From positions 726,330,001 through 726,394,000 of the forward strand of contig NC_067398.1 in NCBI RefSeq assembly GCF_016432865.1: 64,000 bases of DNA. The letters are read 5' to 3'. This document shows positions 13,150 to 24,545 of the stretch, one piece after another. Source of the DNA: Antechinus flavipes (Eukaryota). The notes under the pieces were generated by a model. That model saw only the letters and a program-made list of their open reading frames with translations. It did not search any database and was not told the origin of the DNA. The position numbers and the translations under genes were made by a program. How positions within the stretch are numbered: position 1 is the stretch's first letter; every line of letters begins with the position of its first letter.

Positions 13150-13650
13150 AAATCCAGTACTATATGGTTCCTAAATAGATATGAGGAAGGGGTCAGGAAA
13201 GGGTTTCAGAGAGGAGGAAACCTTTGAGCTGAATCTTAAAAGAATCTAGGGACCCCAAGAAGAGTGAGTGAAGAAGGAAGGCATGCCAGACACGAAGCAC
13301 AGTCAATGCAAAGGCAAGGAGACGAGAGATGGAGGGAAAATAGGCCAATTTGGCTGAAACGTGGCATATGGGAGCAGGGTGCAAGGAAGGTTGGGTCCTG
13401 ATTATCAAGGGTTCTTAAAGGAAGTAGGCAACCACTTGAGTTTATTCAATGAAAGGTGGGAAAGGTTACAGGGTTGAACCAACTCTAAAAGTCATTTAGT
13501 GACTGAGTTTCCATTAGTGGCCTGGAGAGAGGAGAGACTGAGGCAAGCAGGCCCACCATCAGCTAATGCAGTAGTCCATGTTTGAGGAGATGAGGGTCTG
13601 CACCAGAGGGGGCGGAGTCAGAGGAGAGAAAGGAGTGAATTGGAGAGATG
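13150..13650 (-). mobile_element. L2 LINE fragment
   Basis: GAGCTGAATCTTAAAGAA..., AGGCATGCCAG..CACAGTCAATGCAAAGGC, GGAGAGACTGAGGCAAGCAG..CTAATGCAGTAGTCCA..GAGGAGATGAGGGTCTGCACCAG. Confidence 0.55.
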
Positions 13651-14205
13651 TCACACAGATGAAATGGACCAGAGGTGTAGCAGAGGTGAAATAGACAAGA
13701 GATGCCACAGAGGTGAAATAGACAAGGGGCACTGCAGAGGTGAAATAGACAAGAGGCACTGCAGAGGTGAAATAGACAAGGGGCACTGCAGAGGTGAAAT
13801 AGACAAGAGACACTGCAGAGGTGAAATAGACAAGGGGCACTGCAGAGGTGAAATAGACAAGAGGCACTGCAGAGGTGAAATAGACAAGGGGCACTGCAGA
13901 GGTGAAATAGACAAGAGACACTGCAGAGGTGAAATAGACAAGAGACACTGCAGGGGTGAAATAGACAAGGGGCACTGCAGAGGTGAAATAGACAAGAGAC
14001 ACTGCAGAGGTGAAATAGACAAGGGGCACTGCAGAGGTGAAATAGACAAGAGACACTGCAGAGGTGAAATAGACAAGGGGCACTGCAGAGGTGAAATAGA
14101 CAAGGGGCACTGCAGAGATGAAACCAGTTGCAAAAGTGAAATGCACCAGAGATGCAGAAGTGAAGTGGACCAGAGATGCTACAGAGGTGAATTAGACAAG
14201 AGAGA
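13645..14205 (+). repeat. 27-bp minisatellite (GAGGTGAAATAGACAAG(G/A)G(G/A)CACTGCA), 16 near-perfect copies with degenerate flanks
   Basis: Read directly; the translation shows RGEIDK 16 times with mostly alternating variants (54-bp higher order). Confidence 0.97.
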
Positions 14206-15049
14206 TCTGAGAAGAAATAAAGTGCGGGCACCTATTGTAGATGATCTTCTCAAAGTTTAATCACAAAATGGAGGGGAGATAGATGCCTGCTGGTGACGAT
14301 GGAAGGATCAAGGAAGGGGGGAGACTTGGGAAAGCAGCTTCAAGATGGAGAGAGGGAAAAGACAGAGGAGGTGATCTGTTGAAGTCAATAAATATATAGC
14401 CTTACTCTTAGCACAATGCCTATCATAGAAGTGCTGGGTATATAGATAAAAAGAGTTCTTGTCCTTAAGGAATTGACAATTGAATAAGGGAAGACAGTAC
14501 GTAAAAGGGTGAAAGTGGGAGGGTTCCAGAGTCTCCCCGGCACTTATGCTTGTGGAATTGGACCAAGCCAAGGAACTGGTGGGAAATGAAGAATTCTCTG
14601 AAAGAGCCTTCTTGAAGGGGCCTTTGGGGAGGAGACAGGATGGAAGAGGATCCCTCCAGCAGGTGGAGGGTGCTGCCCTTTCATGTGAAATGGGGCACAA
14701 AAAATTGAGGGGCAGGGACAGAGGGAGCTCTTGGCCAATGATCCAGAAGAGTCCAGAAAAGTCCTCTGCCTTCATTCAGCAGCAGAGACAGAGGGACTGG
14801 GCAAGGGGGTGACCCAGTTTGAGGCCCAGTGGGAGAGGACAGTCTTAGGGACTAGCAGTGTCCCGGCTCCCTGGGGCCAGCGTGGCTCTCCCAGGATCCA
14901 GGAGCAATGCTGAAGGAAAGCACCGGCGTGCCCGGCTCTGCTGCTCCACAGGGAGCTTCCCGTGGGTGACAAAGCATTGCAAGGAAACACCTGCAGCCGA
15001 GGGGTGGGGGTGGGGGGAAGGAGGCAGAGTTCCTGGACAATTGCTGGAG

Positions 15050-15215
15050 GGGGAGGGGGGAAGAAGGGGAAGGAAATGAAGGAGAGGCGAAGGAGAAAGA
15101 GGAAGGGAAAGGGGTGGGGAGGAGGGGAGAAGGAAAGGAAAAAGAGAGAAGGGGGAGGGGGAGTGATCGAGGAGAAGGGAAGAGGGAAGGAAAAGCTGGA
15201 GAGAGAAGGGAGAAG
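15050..15215 (+). repeat. polypurine (GA-rich) tract
   Basis: Almost exclusively A/G over about 165 bp. Confidence 0.85.
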
Positions 15216-15249
15216 TGTGATCAGGGTTCCAAGTCCCTTGGGTAGGGGA

Positions 15250-15800
15250 TAGTGAGTGGGCTCCCACTCTCCCAAGAGCCCCGGATGTGCAGACCCTCAG
15301 CGGAGGGCAGTTACCCCCTCCTCCTCCCTCCCGGTGGCTGTTTCTGCCCCTTCCCACCCGCCCCCCTGCCGTCCCAGCACGGGCTCCTTCCCCCACTCCC
15401 CCCTGCACCGGCAGGTAGGGCCCATAAAAGGGCCGCCGCGGCCCTGGTTTCCAAGGGCAACCCTGTGGGCGACCGTTGCAGTGTACGGAGCACCCCCCGG
15501 GGGCCTCCCTCGGCGAGCCTGAGCATTCAATTAGCTTTTTTGGGGAAAAAAAAACACACTATTCAAACGCGGAGCAGGAACGGTGACTCCGAAGCATTTC
15601 CCCGGGAGCCTGGGGCGCAAGCTCCCGCCCGCCGAGCTAGCCTAGGGAAGAGTGGGCGTGGACACGGGGGCGATGGCGGAGCCCCGCCCACTCGGAGACA
15701 CGTGGCCAAGGGCCTCGCGGCTTCCTTCCCGGGAGGGAGCATGTGCTGGGGGCGGGTGAGCCCTGAGGCTCCCTCTGGGGAGGTGGGCAGGATAGCCCGG
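15250..15800 (+). promoter_or_regulatory. CpG-rich candidate ADORA2A proximal promoter / alternative first exon
   Basis: TATA-like CATAAAAG at 15423-15430; donor-like GGCAG|GTAGGG near 15415 and CGG|GTGAGC after 15755; about 2 kb upstream of the acceptor at 17780. Confidence 0.35.
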
Positions 15801-15908
15801 CGCAGGGCATGATGGGAATGCTAGATGGACCCATCGGCGGGTGGGGGGAACGAGCAGGTCACAGCTGCTGAGCTGGGCTAGGAATGTCCTGGTACCGCTG
15901 CTGGGCTG

Positions 15909-16246
15909 GCTGGGGAGGACTCCTTGCCTCCAGTCACAGCTGCTGCAGCTGGGGAGGACTCCCGCCTCTAGTCACAGCTGCTGCAGCTGGGGAGAACTCC
16001 CTGCCTCCAGGAGCTGCTGCAGCTGGGGAGGACTCCGGCCTCCAGTCACAGCTGCTGCAGCTGGGGAGGACTCCCGCCTCTAGTCACAGCTGCTGCAGCT
16101 GGGGAGAACTCCCTGCCTCCAGGAGCTGCTGCAGCTGGGGAGGACTCCCGTCTCCAGTCACAGCTGCTGCAGCTAGGGAGGACTCCCTCCTCCAGTCACA
16201 GCTGCTGCAGCTGGGGAGGACTCCCTGCCTCCAGTCACAGTTGCTG
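15909..16246 (+). repeat. 35-39-bp minisatellite (GTCACAGCTGCTGCAGCTGGGGAGGACTCCCGCCTCCA), ~9 copies
   Basis: Read directly; a three-unit block is repeated twice. Confidence 0.95.
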
Positions 16247-16915
16247 CTGATGGCTGCTCTTCCCCGGTGCTGGCTCATCACCAGGCTCTGCTGCACGGAG
16301 CTCTCTCTTGCTGGGTAGCCTTCGTCCCCACAAACCCCCGTGGCTCTCCTGGGGATTTGTGCTCTTCCTCGGAGCGACCCTTATGGGGGGGGGAGAGCCT
16401 CTGCTCTGCAGTTGCCCCCCCAGAGGTCTTGACTCTGGGGTCTGCCAGTGCTTCCTGACCCCCAGCAGTCCCATTGGGAGAGACCCTGCCCCCCACTTAG
16501 GGCCATCAGGGAGAGCTGAAGCAGCATTTTTAAGCACCCACTTTGGGCCAGGCCCTGTGCTGACCCTCACACACAGGACCCTTTCCAATAGCCCCCCGGG
16601 GAGACACTCATTATCCCTACTCTGAAGTGGAGGAGTCAGGCCGGGCCCAGGATGCCAGCTAGGAGAGGAGGAGCCAGTGGGGGGCTGTGCCCTGGGACAA
16701 AGTGCTCTTTGATGACCTTTTCCAGTGGAGGGTCACAAAGAGCCAGGCCCTTCTTTCCCCTTGACATCTCAGCATGCCCCTCCCTTCCCGGGGCTCCCAG
16801 CATATCAGGGCACGCAGCTCTGGCCTAAGGAAGCCCCCAGGCCCAGACCTGAGGTGCCCCCCTCCCCAGGGAAATGACCATGGCCCAAAGATTCCATTAG
16901 TGATGACCACTTTCT

Positions 16916-17274
16916 TTTCTTTTTTTTTTTTTTTAATAGCTTTTTATTTACAAGACGTCACATGGGTAATTTTTCAGCATTGACAATTGCCCAAGCTTTT
17001 GTTCCAATTTTTCCCCTCCTTCCCCCCACCCCCTCCCCCAGATGGCAGGATGACCAGTAGATGTTAAATATATTAAAGTATAAATTAGATACACAATAAG
17101 TATACATGACCAAACCGTTATTTTGCTGCACAAAAAGAATCGGACTCTGAGATATTGTACAATTAGCCTGTGAAGGAAATAAAAATGCAGGCAGGTGAAA
17201 ATATAGGGAATGGGAATTCTATGTAATGATTCTTAGTCATCTCCCAGAGTTCTTTTGCTGGGCGTAGCTGGTTC
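16916..17274 (-). mobile_element. 5'-truncated L1 3' end with poly(A) tail and 17-bp target-site duplication
   Basis: T-tract 16916-16934; AGTGATGACCACTTTCT repeated at 16899-16915 and 17275-17291; body resembles the dasyurid L1 3'UTR (from memory). Confidence 0.85.
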
Positions 17275-17780
17275 AGTGATGACCACTTTCTAGGCCCGGC
17301 CCAGCTCCCGGGCACCGGAGCAGCACCTGAGTGGGTCCAGAATGAGGGAGCCCTGGCTGGGTGACAGGGGCCAGGGGAGACCAATAAGGGCCCATTTCTA
17401 GTCCCTTCTGCTCCCCCCTCCCCTCCCCCTCCCCGGGACCTGGCCGGCTCTGAGACGGGAACAGGATCTGATGCTCTCTGAGCTTGGTGCAGCCGGGCCA
17501 GGAAGGGGCTCGGGAAAGACCCCCAGGCCCTGGAGGCCGAAGGAGCCTCTTGGTGTGAGGAATCGAGCTTGGAGACTTCCTAGGCCCTTGGGGCTCCGGG
17601 TCCCTGGCCAATGGGTGTGATCCCCGCTTTCCGTCTTCTCCAGAGGGAGCCGGCTTGCTGCTGTTGGAGGCCCCTGAGCAAAGGGCCTTTGGCCACTGGG
17701 AGGGTGCAGGAAAGGCGGGGAGGAGCTCCCCTCGGCCTCCCCCCGTGGTTCCACTTTTCTTGGGATGTTTTGTTTCCTAG

Positions 17781-18410
<630 letters not shown>

Positions 18411-18639
18411 TGAGTGCTCCCCACTTCCGATCCCCGCGGTGGGGGCGGGGGCCGGGGCCGCGGCTGCCTTTGCGAGCCGGCCGTTTCCTGGCCCGAGCCA
18501 AGAGGCGCCGAGCTTCCTCCAGCCGCGCTGTCCCCTGCTCGCCCCTGGGAGGCCAGCTGGTCAGAGCCGTGCTCCCCAGGAGGGACCGTGGGCAGCCGGC
18601 CTTAACCAGGGGCCAGCCAGAGAATTGCACTCATAGAAC

Positions 18640-18785
18640 TTCAGGAGCAGGGGTGTCCAGAAGTGCCCAGGGGTGTCCAGAGGTGTCCAAAGGTGTCCAG
18701 AGGTGCCCGGGGGTCTCCAGAGGTGCCCTGGGCGTGTCCAGGGGTGTCCAGAGGCCTCCAGGGATGTCCAGGGGTGTCCAGAGCT
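18640..18785 (+). repeat. ~10-bp minisatellite (GGTGTCCAGA)n
   Basis: Read directly, in the ADORA2A intron. Confidence 0.85.
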
Positions 18786-20075
18786 CTCGGGACCACTCGT
18801 GCACAGCAGGGCTGCCGTGGGAGGAGTCTGACTCCCTCTTAGGCATCTGACACACTCGGTGCCAGCCTTGGCCTGAAGCCCTCCCGGGAAGGGCACTTCC
18901 CATTTCCTGGGGGCAGACTGTTCCACACAGGGATGTTAATAGGAGGGGCCTGGCTAGACCGGTCTCTCTGTAACTTGTCCCAAGTGCTCTGGGATCGGCC
19001 CCAGGGCCAGTCAGAACCAGGGGAATCCCTCCCCGCAATGGACCTTCAGACACTTGAACAGCTCTCCTGGCCCTAGACAAAATGTTTTGACCTCCCACGA
19101 TGTCCTCATAAGGCCCTCTCCGGGCCTGGCGCCGGGCTGCCCTCCCCGGGACCCTGCTGCTGCCCTTCCTCGTCGTGGGGCCCCGGGGAGAAGGCTGCCG
19201 GGACAGAGGGGGCCGGTGGGGCGGATGCTCCCAACGGAGCCCGGGGTCGGCAGCTTTTGGGGCCGCCACGTCCGGTAGTGGAGCCGCTTCCCGTCCCCCG
19301 CCCCGATTTTTGGGCGCTGTCTGCGACCCGTCCTCCCTCCCCTCCCGCCCCTCTCCCCTCCCCTCCCACCCCGGAGCTGCTTTCCCGGACCCCGTGTAAG
19401 TTGTCCGCATTTCATTTCCTCTGTCTCGGGCTCCAGCTCTCCCGGTCCCGGTGTTTTACGGGCCTCCGGGTCAGTGTCATCTGCAAGCTGGCAAACGCCT
19501 CTGACTTTCCCGAGCCTGATAAAAATGCTCCTCGGCCGAGCGGACGCAGATCCCCAGGGCGCCAGAGCCCGCCTGCCCCGCCCACACTGGCCCCTGGCCC
19601 GTCAGAATCTGAATCCCGCCTCCATCTTCTGCCCAAGAGCGGGAGGAGCTTGATCCAAAGGTTGCTGAAATGGAGGCAAACTCGAAGCCCAGGCCCGCCC
19701 CACGTGCGGGCTTAATGGCTCCCGTCACCGGGAAACGGTTCGGTCCGGCAGAGCCTGTGCTTGCTGAGCCGGCCAGGCCGGCTCCTTGGCAAGCCCCCCT
19801 CCTTCCCGAGATGTTCCCGTCTTTTTAATGAGCTTCGCTACAATTTTCCCAGGACTAAAAGCCAGGGCAGATGGCCTGGAGTTCAAAGTCTGTTCTTTTC
19901 CCCTGAAAAAAAAAATCAGGCCAGTCTCCCGGCTTCAGCCAGAACTCCCCAATTTGGCAGGGTCCAGCGGCCTCCATCCCACTTGCCCCACACCAGATCG
20001 CCCCCAACAACCCGCCCCCGTGGTGTGGTGCTCTCCCGTGTGCCTCGAACTTTCCAGTGTCCTGGGGGGGCCTGG

Positions 20076-20313
20076 CGACCCTCCGCCGTCCCTGCCATCC
20101 CCTGGAGGATAACGGGCGACCCTCCACCATCCCCCCATCCCCTGGAGTGGTGCAGTGATCCTCCACCGTCCCCTGTCCCCTGGGGGGGGGGCACAGTGAC
20201 CCTCCGCCATCCCTGCCATCCCCTGGAGGATAACGGGCGACCCTCCACCATCCCCCCATCCCCTGGAGTGGTGCAGTGACCCTCCACCATCCCCCCATCC
20301 CCTGGAGTGGTGC
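20076..20313 (+). repeat. ~40-bp minisatellite (GACCCTCCACCATCCCCCCATCCCCTGGAGTGGTGCAGT)
   Basis: About 6 related units read directly. Confidence 0.85.
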
Positions 20314-21059
20314 AGTGACCCTCTCTGTCAGTTTTTCCTGAGCCTAAAGTTGCAATTTAGTCTGCTGTAAGTATTGAGTTTTAGCCAAGGCCCCCAGAGC
20401 ATGTGTTCCTGCCCAGCCGCCCTCTGAGAGCAGAAGCAGCTGGAGTGCTCCTCGGACACTCAGTTTTCTGATCTCCCTGCCAGCCCCGCAGTCAGCATCA
20501 TAAGTCCATTTTACAGAGCACAAAGCTGAGGGCAGTGTTGCATTCCGGATGGCCCAGCTAGCCAGTGCAGGAGTCCCATTACAGCTTGGGTCTCTGGCTT
20601 CTTGATGCCCTCGGTGAACTCAGTCCTCTGCCCAGACCCGGGTCTGGAACACCTGATAGATGGGGTCACTGGCTCCCCCCCCCCTCACCTTTGCCCAGGC
20701 TGTGCCTCCCGCTCGGCCTGCTCTCCTTCTTCATGTCTGGCTTATAGGATCCCTACTCAGGCGCTTCTCTAGTCACTGCCCCTACTCCTGACCCGTGCCA
20801 GACGTCGTGATTTCTTTCTGGGATCCGTGTTCCCTTGGGTCCCTCCTCGAGGGCAGGGCCTGTTCCACGTGTGTGTCCCCCCCCCCCCCCCAGCACCAGA
20901 CAGGGCGAGACTGAGTCGATGCCGGTGATGGAGGCAGACAGGAAGCTGGGGAGGGACAAGCAGAGCCACTCTGTGTCCTCGAGAGGGAATCGGACTGGCT
21001 GGGCAGAGAGCTGGGCCCTGGGGCTGGCCGAAGCCACGTGGGGGAGCCCGCGGAGCCAG

Positions 21060-21198
21060 GTGTCCCGAGGGGCGGGGTCCTCCCCTCCCTCCCGGTGTCC
21101 CTTGGGGCGGGGTCCTCCCCTCCCGGTGTCCCGAGGGGCGGGGTCCTCCCCCTCCCTCCCCTGGGGCGGGGTCCTCCCCCTCCCTCCCCTGGGGCGGG
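21060..21198 (+). repeat. GC-rich minisatellite (GGGGCGGGGTCCTCCCCTCCC) just upstream of the ADORA2A acceptor
   Basis: About 5 units ending ~25 bp before the AG at 21223-21224. Confidence 0.8.
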
Positions 21199-21224
21199 AC
21201 GGTGACCCCGGCTCCCTCCCGCAG

Positions 21225-21954
21225 GTACAACGGCTTGGTGACGGGCACGCGGGCCAAGGGCGTGATCGCCGTGTGCTGGGTGCTGTCGTTCGTGATCGGG
21301 CTGACGCCCATGCTGGGCTGGAGCCGCTGCGGGGAGGCGGCGGGCGCGCGCAACGGCTCGGAGGCGCGCGCGTGCGGCGCGGGCCAGGTGCCCTGCCTGT
21401 TCGAGGCGGTGGTCCCCATGGACTACATGGTCTACTACAACTTCCTGGCGTGCGTGCTGCTGCCGCTGCTGCTCATGCTGGCCATCTACCTGCGCATCTT
21501 CATGGCGGCGCGGCGGCAGCTGAAGCAGATGGAGGGCAAGGCGGCGGCGGGCGAGCGCTCGCGCTCCACGCTGCAGAAGGAGGTGCACGCGGCCAAGTCT
21601 CTGGCCATCATCGTGGGGCTGTTCGCCGTGTGCTGGCTGCCGCTGCACATCATCAACTGCTTCACGCTCTTCTGCGCCGAGTGCCCGCACGCGCCGGCCT
21701 GGCTCATGTACCTGGCCATCGTGCTGTCGCACACCAACTCCGTGGTCAACCCCCTCATCTACGCCTACCGCATCCGCGAGTTCCGCCACACCTTCCGCAA
21801 GATCCTGCGCAGCCGCGGGGCCGCCGCCTCCCCGCCCGCCGCCCGGGACTGCGGCCGCGGCCAGGAGCGCGTTAGCCTGCGGCTCGACGGCCACGGCGGG
21901 GGTCCGGGGGGCGCGGAGCTCCCGGAGGCCCCGCCCCCTCCCGCCGCCTCCTGA
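21225..21954 (+). CDS. ADORA2A: adenosine A2A receptor, coding exon 2 (TM4-TM7 and C-tail)
   Basis: CCGCAG|G TAC AAC; motifs [35 protein letters not shown], and the A2A-type tail motif VSLRLDGH; 338+730=1068 nt gives 355 aa. Confidence 0.95.
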
Positions 21955-22308
21955 CGCCGGCCGCGCTCTGCCGAACGGGAGCCCGGAGGGCGGTGCCGCG
22001 GACGTGGGGGGCGCGGGAGCCCGGCGCGGGGCGGCCTCCCGAGTCTGACTGTCTGCGGCCCGCCCCAGGGACTCGGAGCTGGACCGGAGAGCAGGGGGGG
22101 CTGGGAGGCCTTGGGGGGAGGGGGCGGAGGGGAGAACCCGCGGAGGGGAGAACCCCGCGGAGGGGGCCGGCAGGGCGGATGCGGGGCGGGAGTGGGCACG
22201 GGCGGGCAGGGGGAGTGCATGGGGAGGCCAGGCTGGCCCTGGGTCTGCGCAGTGGGGGACCGACGGCTGCTCTTAATAGCCGCGGCTAATGTTTATTCTA
22301 GAGACGGA

Positions 22309-22314
22309 ATTAAA
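22309..22314 (+). terminator. ADORA2A: candidate ADORA2A poly(A) signal ATTAAA
   Basis: ATTAAA followed by GU-rich TGTGTG..CTTGTGTGTGTCT at 22321-22345. Confidence 0.5.
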
Positions 22315-24327
22315 TGGGACTGTGTGACCCTGCTTGTGTGTGTCTGCGCAGGGTGGCTCCCCCCAGCCCTAACCGCCCGCCCCCTCCTAGCTGGCTAACT
22401 ACACGGTTCCCTGAGAGGCGCCAGGGCCGGGCACCAGAGGAAACAGAGCCAGCCTTTGGCGGGACCGGTCTGGGCTTCAGGAGGGCACGGGGCAGGGCCC
22501 TCAGGGAAGTGGGCCTTGGGGGTCTTGGCTCAGCCTTCCGTCACCCTCCTGAGCCCCCCCCCCCACGCCCTTGGTCTCATGCCTGACTCCTTCCCTAGAG
22601 GCAGCAAGGAGCTGGTGAGGGGCTCTCCGAGGGGCAGCTCTCCCTCCCCCAGAAGTCCCCGGGGGCTTTAAGGCCTTTTGAGCTCATAAGGCCAATAGCA
22701 GAGGGGCCTCAGGGTTCCAGGTAGTGCCCCTGTGCCAGCGGGTCCGGGCTTCAGCCCTGGGCTCTCCCTGGGGTCACAACCAGTCCAAGGAGGAAGGCCA
22801 CAGTCCGGGGGAGCCCTGGCATCCTGTGCTACTTGGTCGCCACACAAGCTTTGGGGAAGCTCTGGGAAACCTTGGTAGTTTCCTAGGAGGCGGGAGCCAG
22901 GCCCCTCCTCGCCCGCGGCCTGCACCAGAGGGCGGCCCCGGTTCTGCTGGCAGGAGGTTCTCTGCCATGCCGGCGGGGACCCTCTCAGTGTAACCCACCG
23001 GTGCCCAGACTGGGCTGGGATGTGAGGGGCTTTCCCCGAGCCCCAGCTTTGACCCCGGGCCCCTCCCCAACCTGGCGTCTGCCGGGTGTGGGGCCCTTCA
23101 GGGCCGGCCGGAACACAGTTATTAAGCCCCTACTGTGTGCAGTGCACCATGTGGGGACTGAGAGAGTTCAGGGGGGCCTGAATGTAAGGAGGGAGGGGGA
23201 AGATGAATTGTGCAGGGGGGGAGGGAGGAATCCGGGAGGACCCTGGAGTGGAAGGCGGAGGCCTGGGGGGTGCCCGGACAGTACTGAGGAAGGAAGGGGG
23301 GGGAGTTCTGTTCTGAGTTTCAGCCGGCCGCTGCCCGGCCGGGTGGCGATGTCCGAGGCGGAGGCAGATCCGAGCGGTGCCGGCCGGAGGAGGCCCCCGT
23401 GGGGCTGATTAGGTCACCGGGAGCAGCGGGCCAGAGCCCCGGGGCCACAGAGGGGGAGCAGTCCCGGGGTGGGGGGGAGGAGAATGGGAGGCCCCCAAAC
23501 CCAGAGGCAGCCAAGAGTCTGGGAGAGGCTGCAAGAGCTCAGGGGAGCTTGGGAGTGGGCGGCAGAGGCTGCACAGAGAAAGGGAAGGCCAGGCCTGGGG
23601 CTCAGGCGGGCACCTGCCCTGGGGGTGGGCACCTGCCAAGGAGGGAAGGAGGCGATTGAGGCTCTGGGCCCAGGACCCTGCCTGCAGCGCCTCCCTCCCC
23701 TCCCCCGGCTCTGCCTGGGGCTGGCACGAGGTGCCATCCGCCCACAAGCCCAGCCCCCCCATCGGAGGCAATTTTCCAGTTAAAATGTTGTCAGTGACTG
23801 TCACGCTTTGATCTTGCTTTGTGAGCCTCGGCCGCCCACTCCCAGGTGGGGGAAAGAGGAGGGGGGAGGGGCCGGAACCACCTCCAGCTGGGGGCTGCTG
23901 GCACATCCCCAGCCCCCCCAGCTGTGCCCCCCAGCCGCGGGGACTCGCCAGCTTCGGACTCAGCTCCTGCCTCCCGCCCCCTGCCAGCCTGGCCCCTTCT
24001 CTCGGCTCCTAATTATGCCCCAGATGGGGGTGAGGGGCAAGCAAACTGACCCAGGAGGCCGCCGGGGCCATTTCCGTCCCCCCCAGCTTTGGGACAGATG
24101 TGGGCATCCTGTGGTAAGGCTGGCAGGACCTGGCAAAGCACCTGCAGCCCCAGGACAGGCCTGAGGCCAGAAGGACCCAGTAATGTGCCCCTTGGCCAGA
24201 TGAGGAAAGTGCAGGTAGAGAAGCCTAATGATGACTTCCCCGGGGGCACCTGGTGTGAGGGAGAGCAAAGAACTAATGTGCCTGCTCTGTCGGGCTGGCC
24301 CAGGGCCTCTCAGCCAGGGACCAGCAG

Positions 24328-24545
24328 GAGGGGTCCGGTGGGTGCGGGGTCCCCCGGGAGGGGTCTGGTGGGTGCGGGGTCCCCTCGGGAGGGGTCCGGT
24401 GGGTGCGGGGTCCCCAGGGAGGGGTCCGGTGGGTGCGGGGTCCCCAGGGAGGGGTCTGGTGGGTGTGGGGTCCCCAGGGAAGGGTCCGGTGGGTGCGGGA
24501 TCCCCAGGGAGGGGTCCGGTGGGTGCGGGGTCCCCTCAGGAGGGG
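24328..24545 (+). repeat. 30-bp G-rich minisatellite (GGAGGGGTCCGGTGGGTGCGGGGTCCCCAG) x7
   Basis: Read directly. Confidence 0.95.

Noticed and set aside
13559-14260. 195-222-aa repetitive ORFs (CRGEIDKGH, SAVPLVYFT, Cys/His-rich)
   Set aside because: Open frames arise from the 27-bp minisatellite inside an L2 remnant; no splice or promoter context.
20782-21894. 370-aa minus-strand ORF antisense to ADORA2A exon 2
   Set aside because: Expected by-product of GC3-rich codons on the sense strand; no protein-family motifs.
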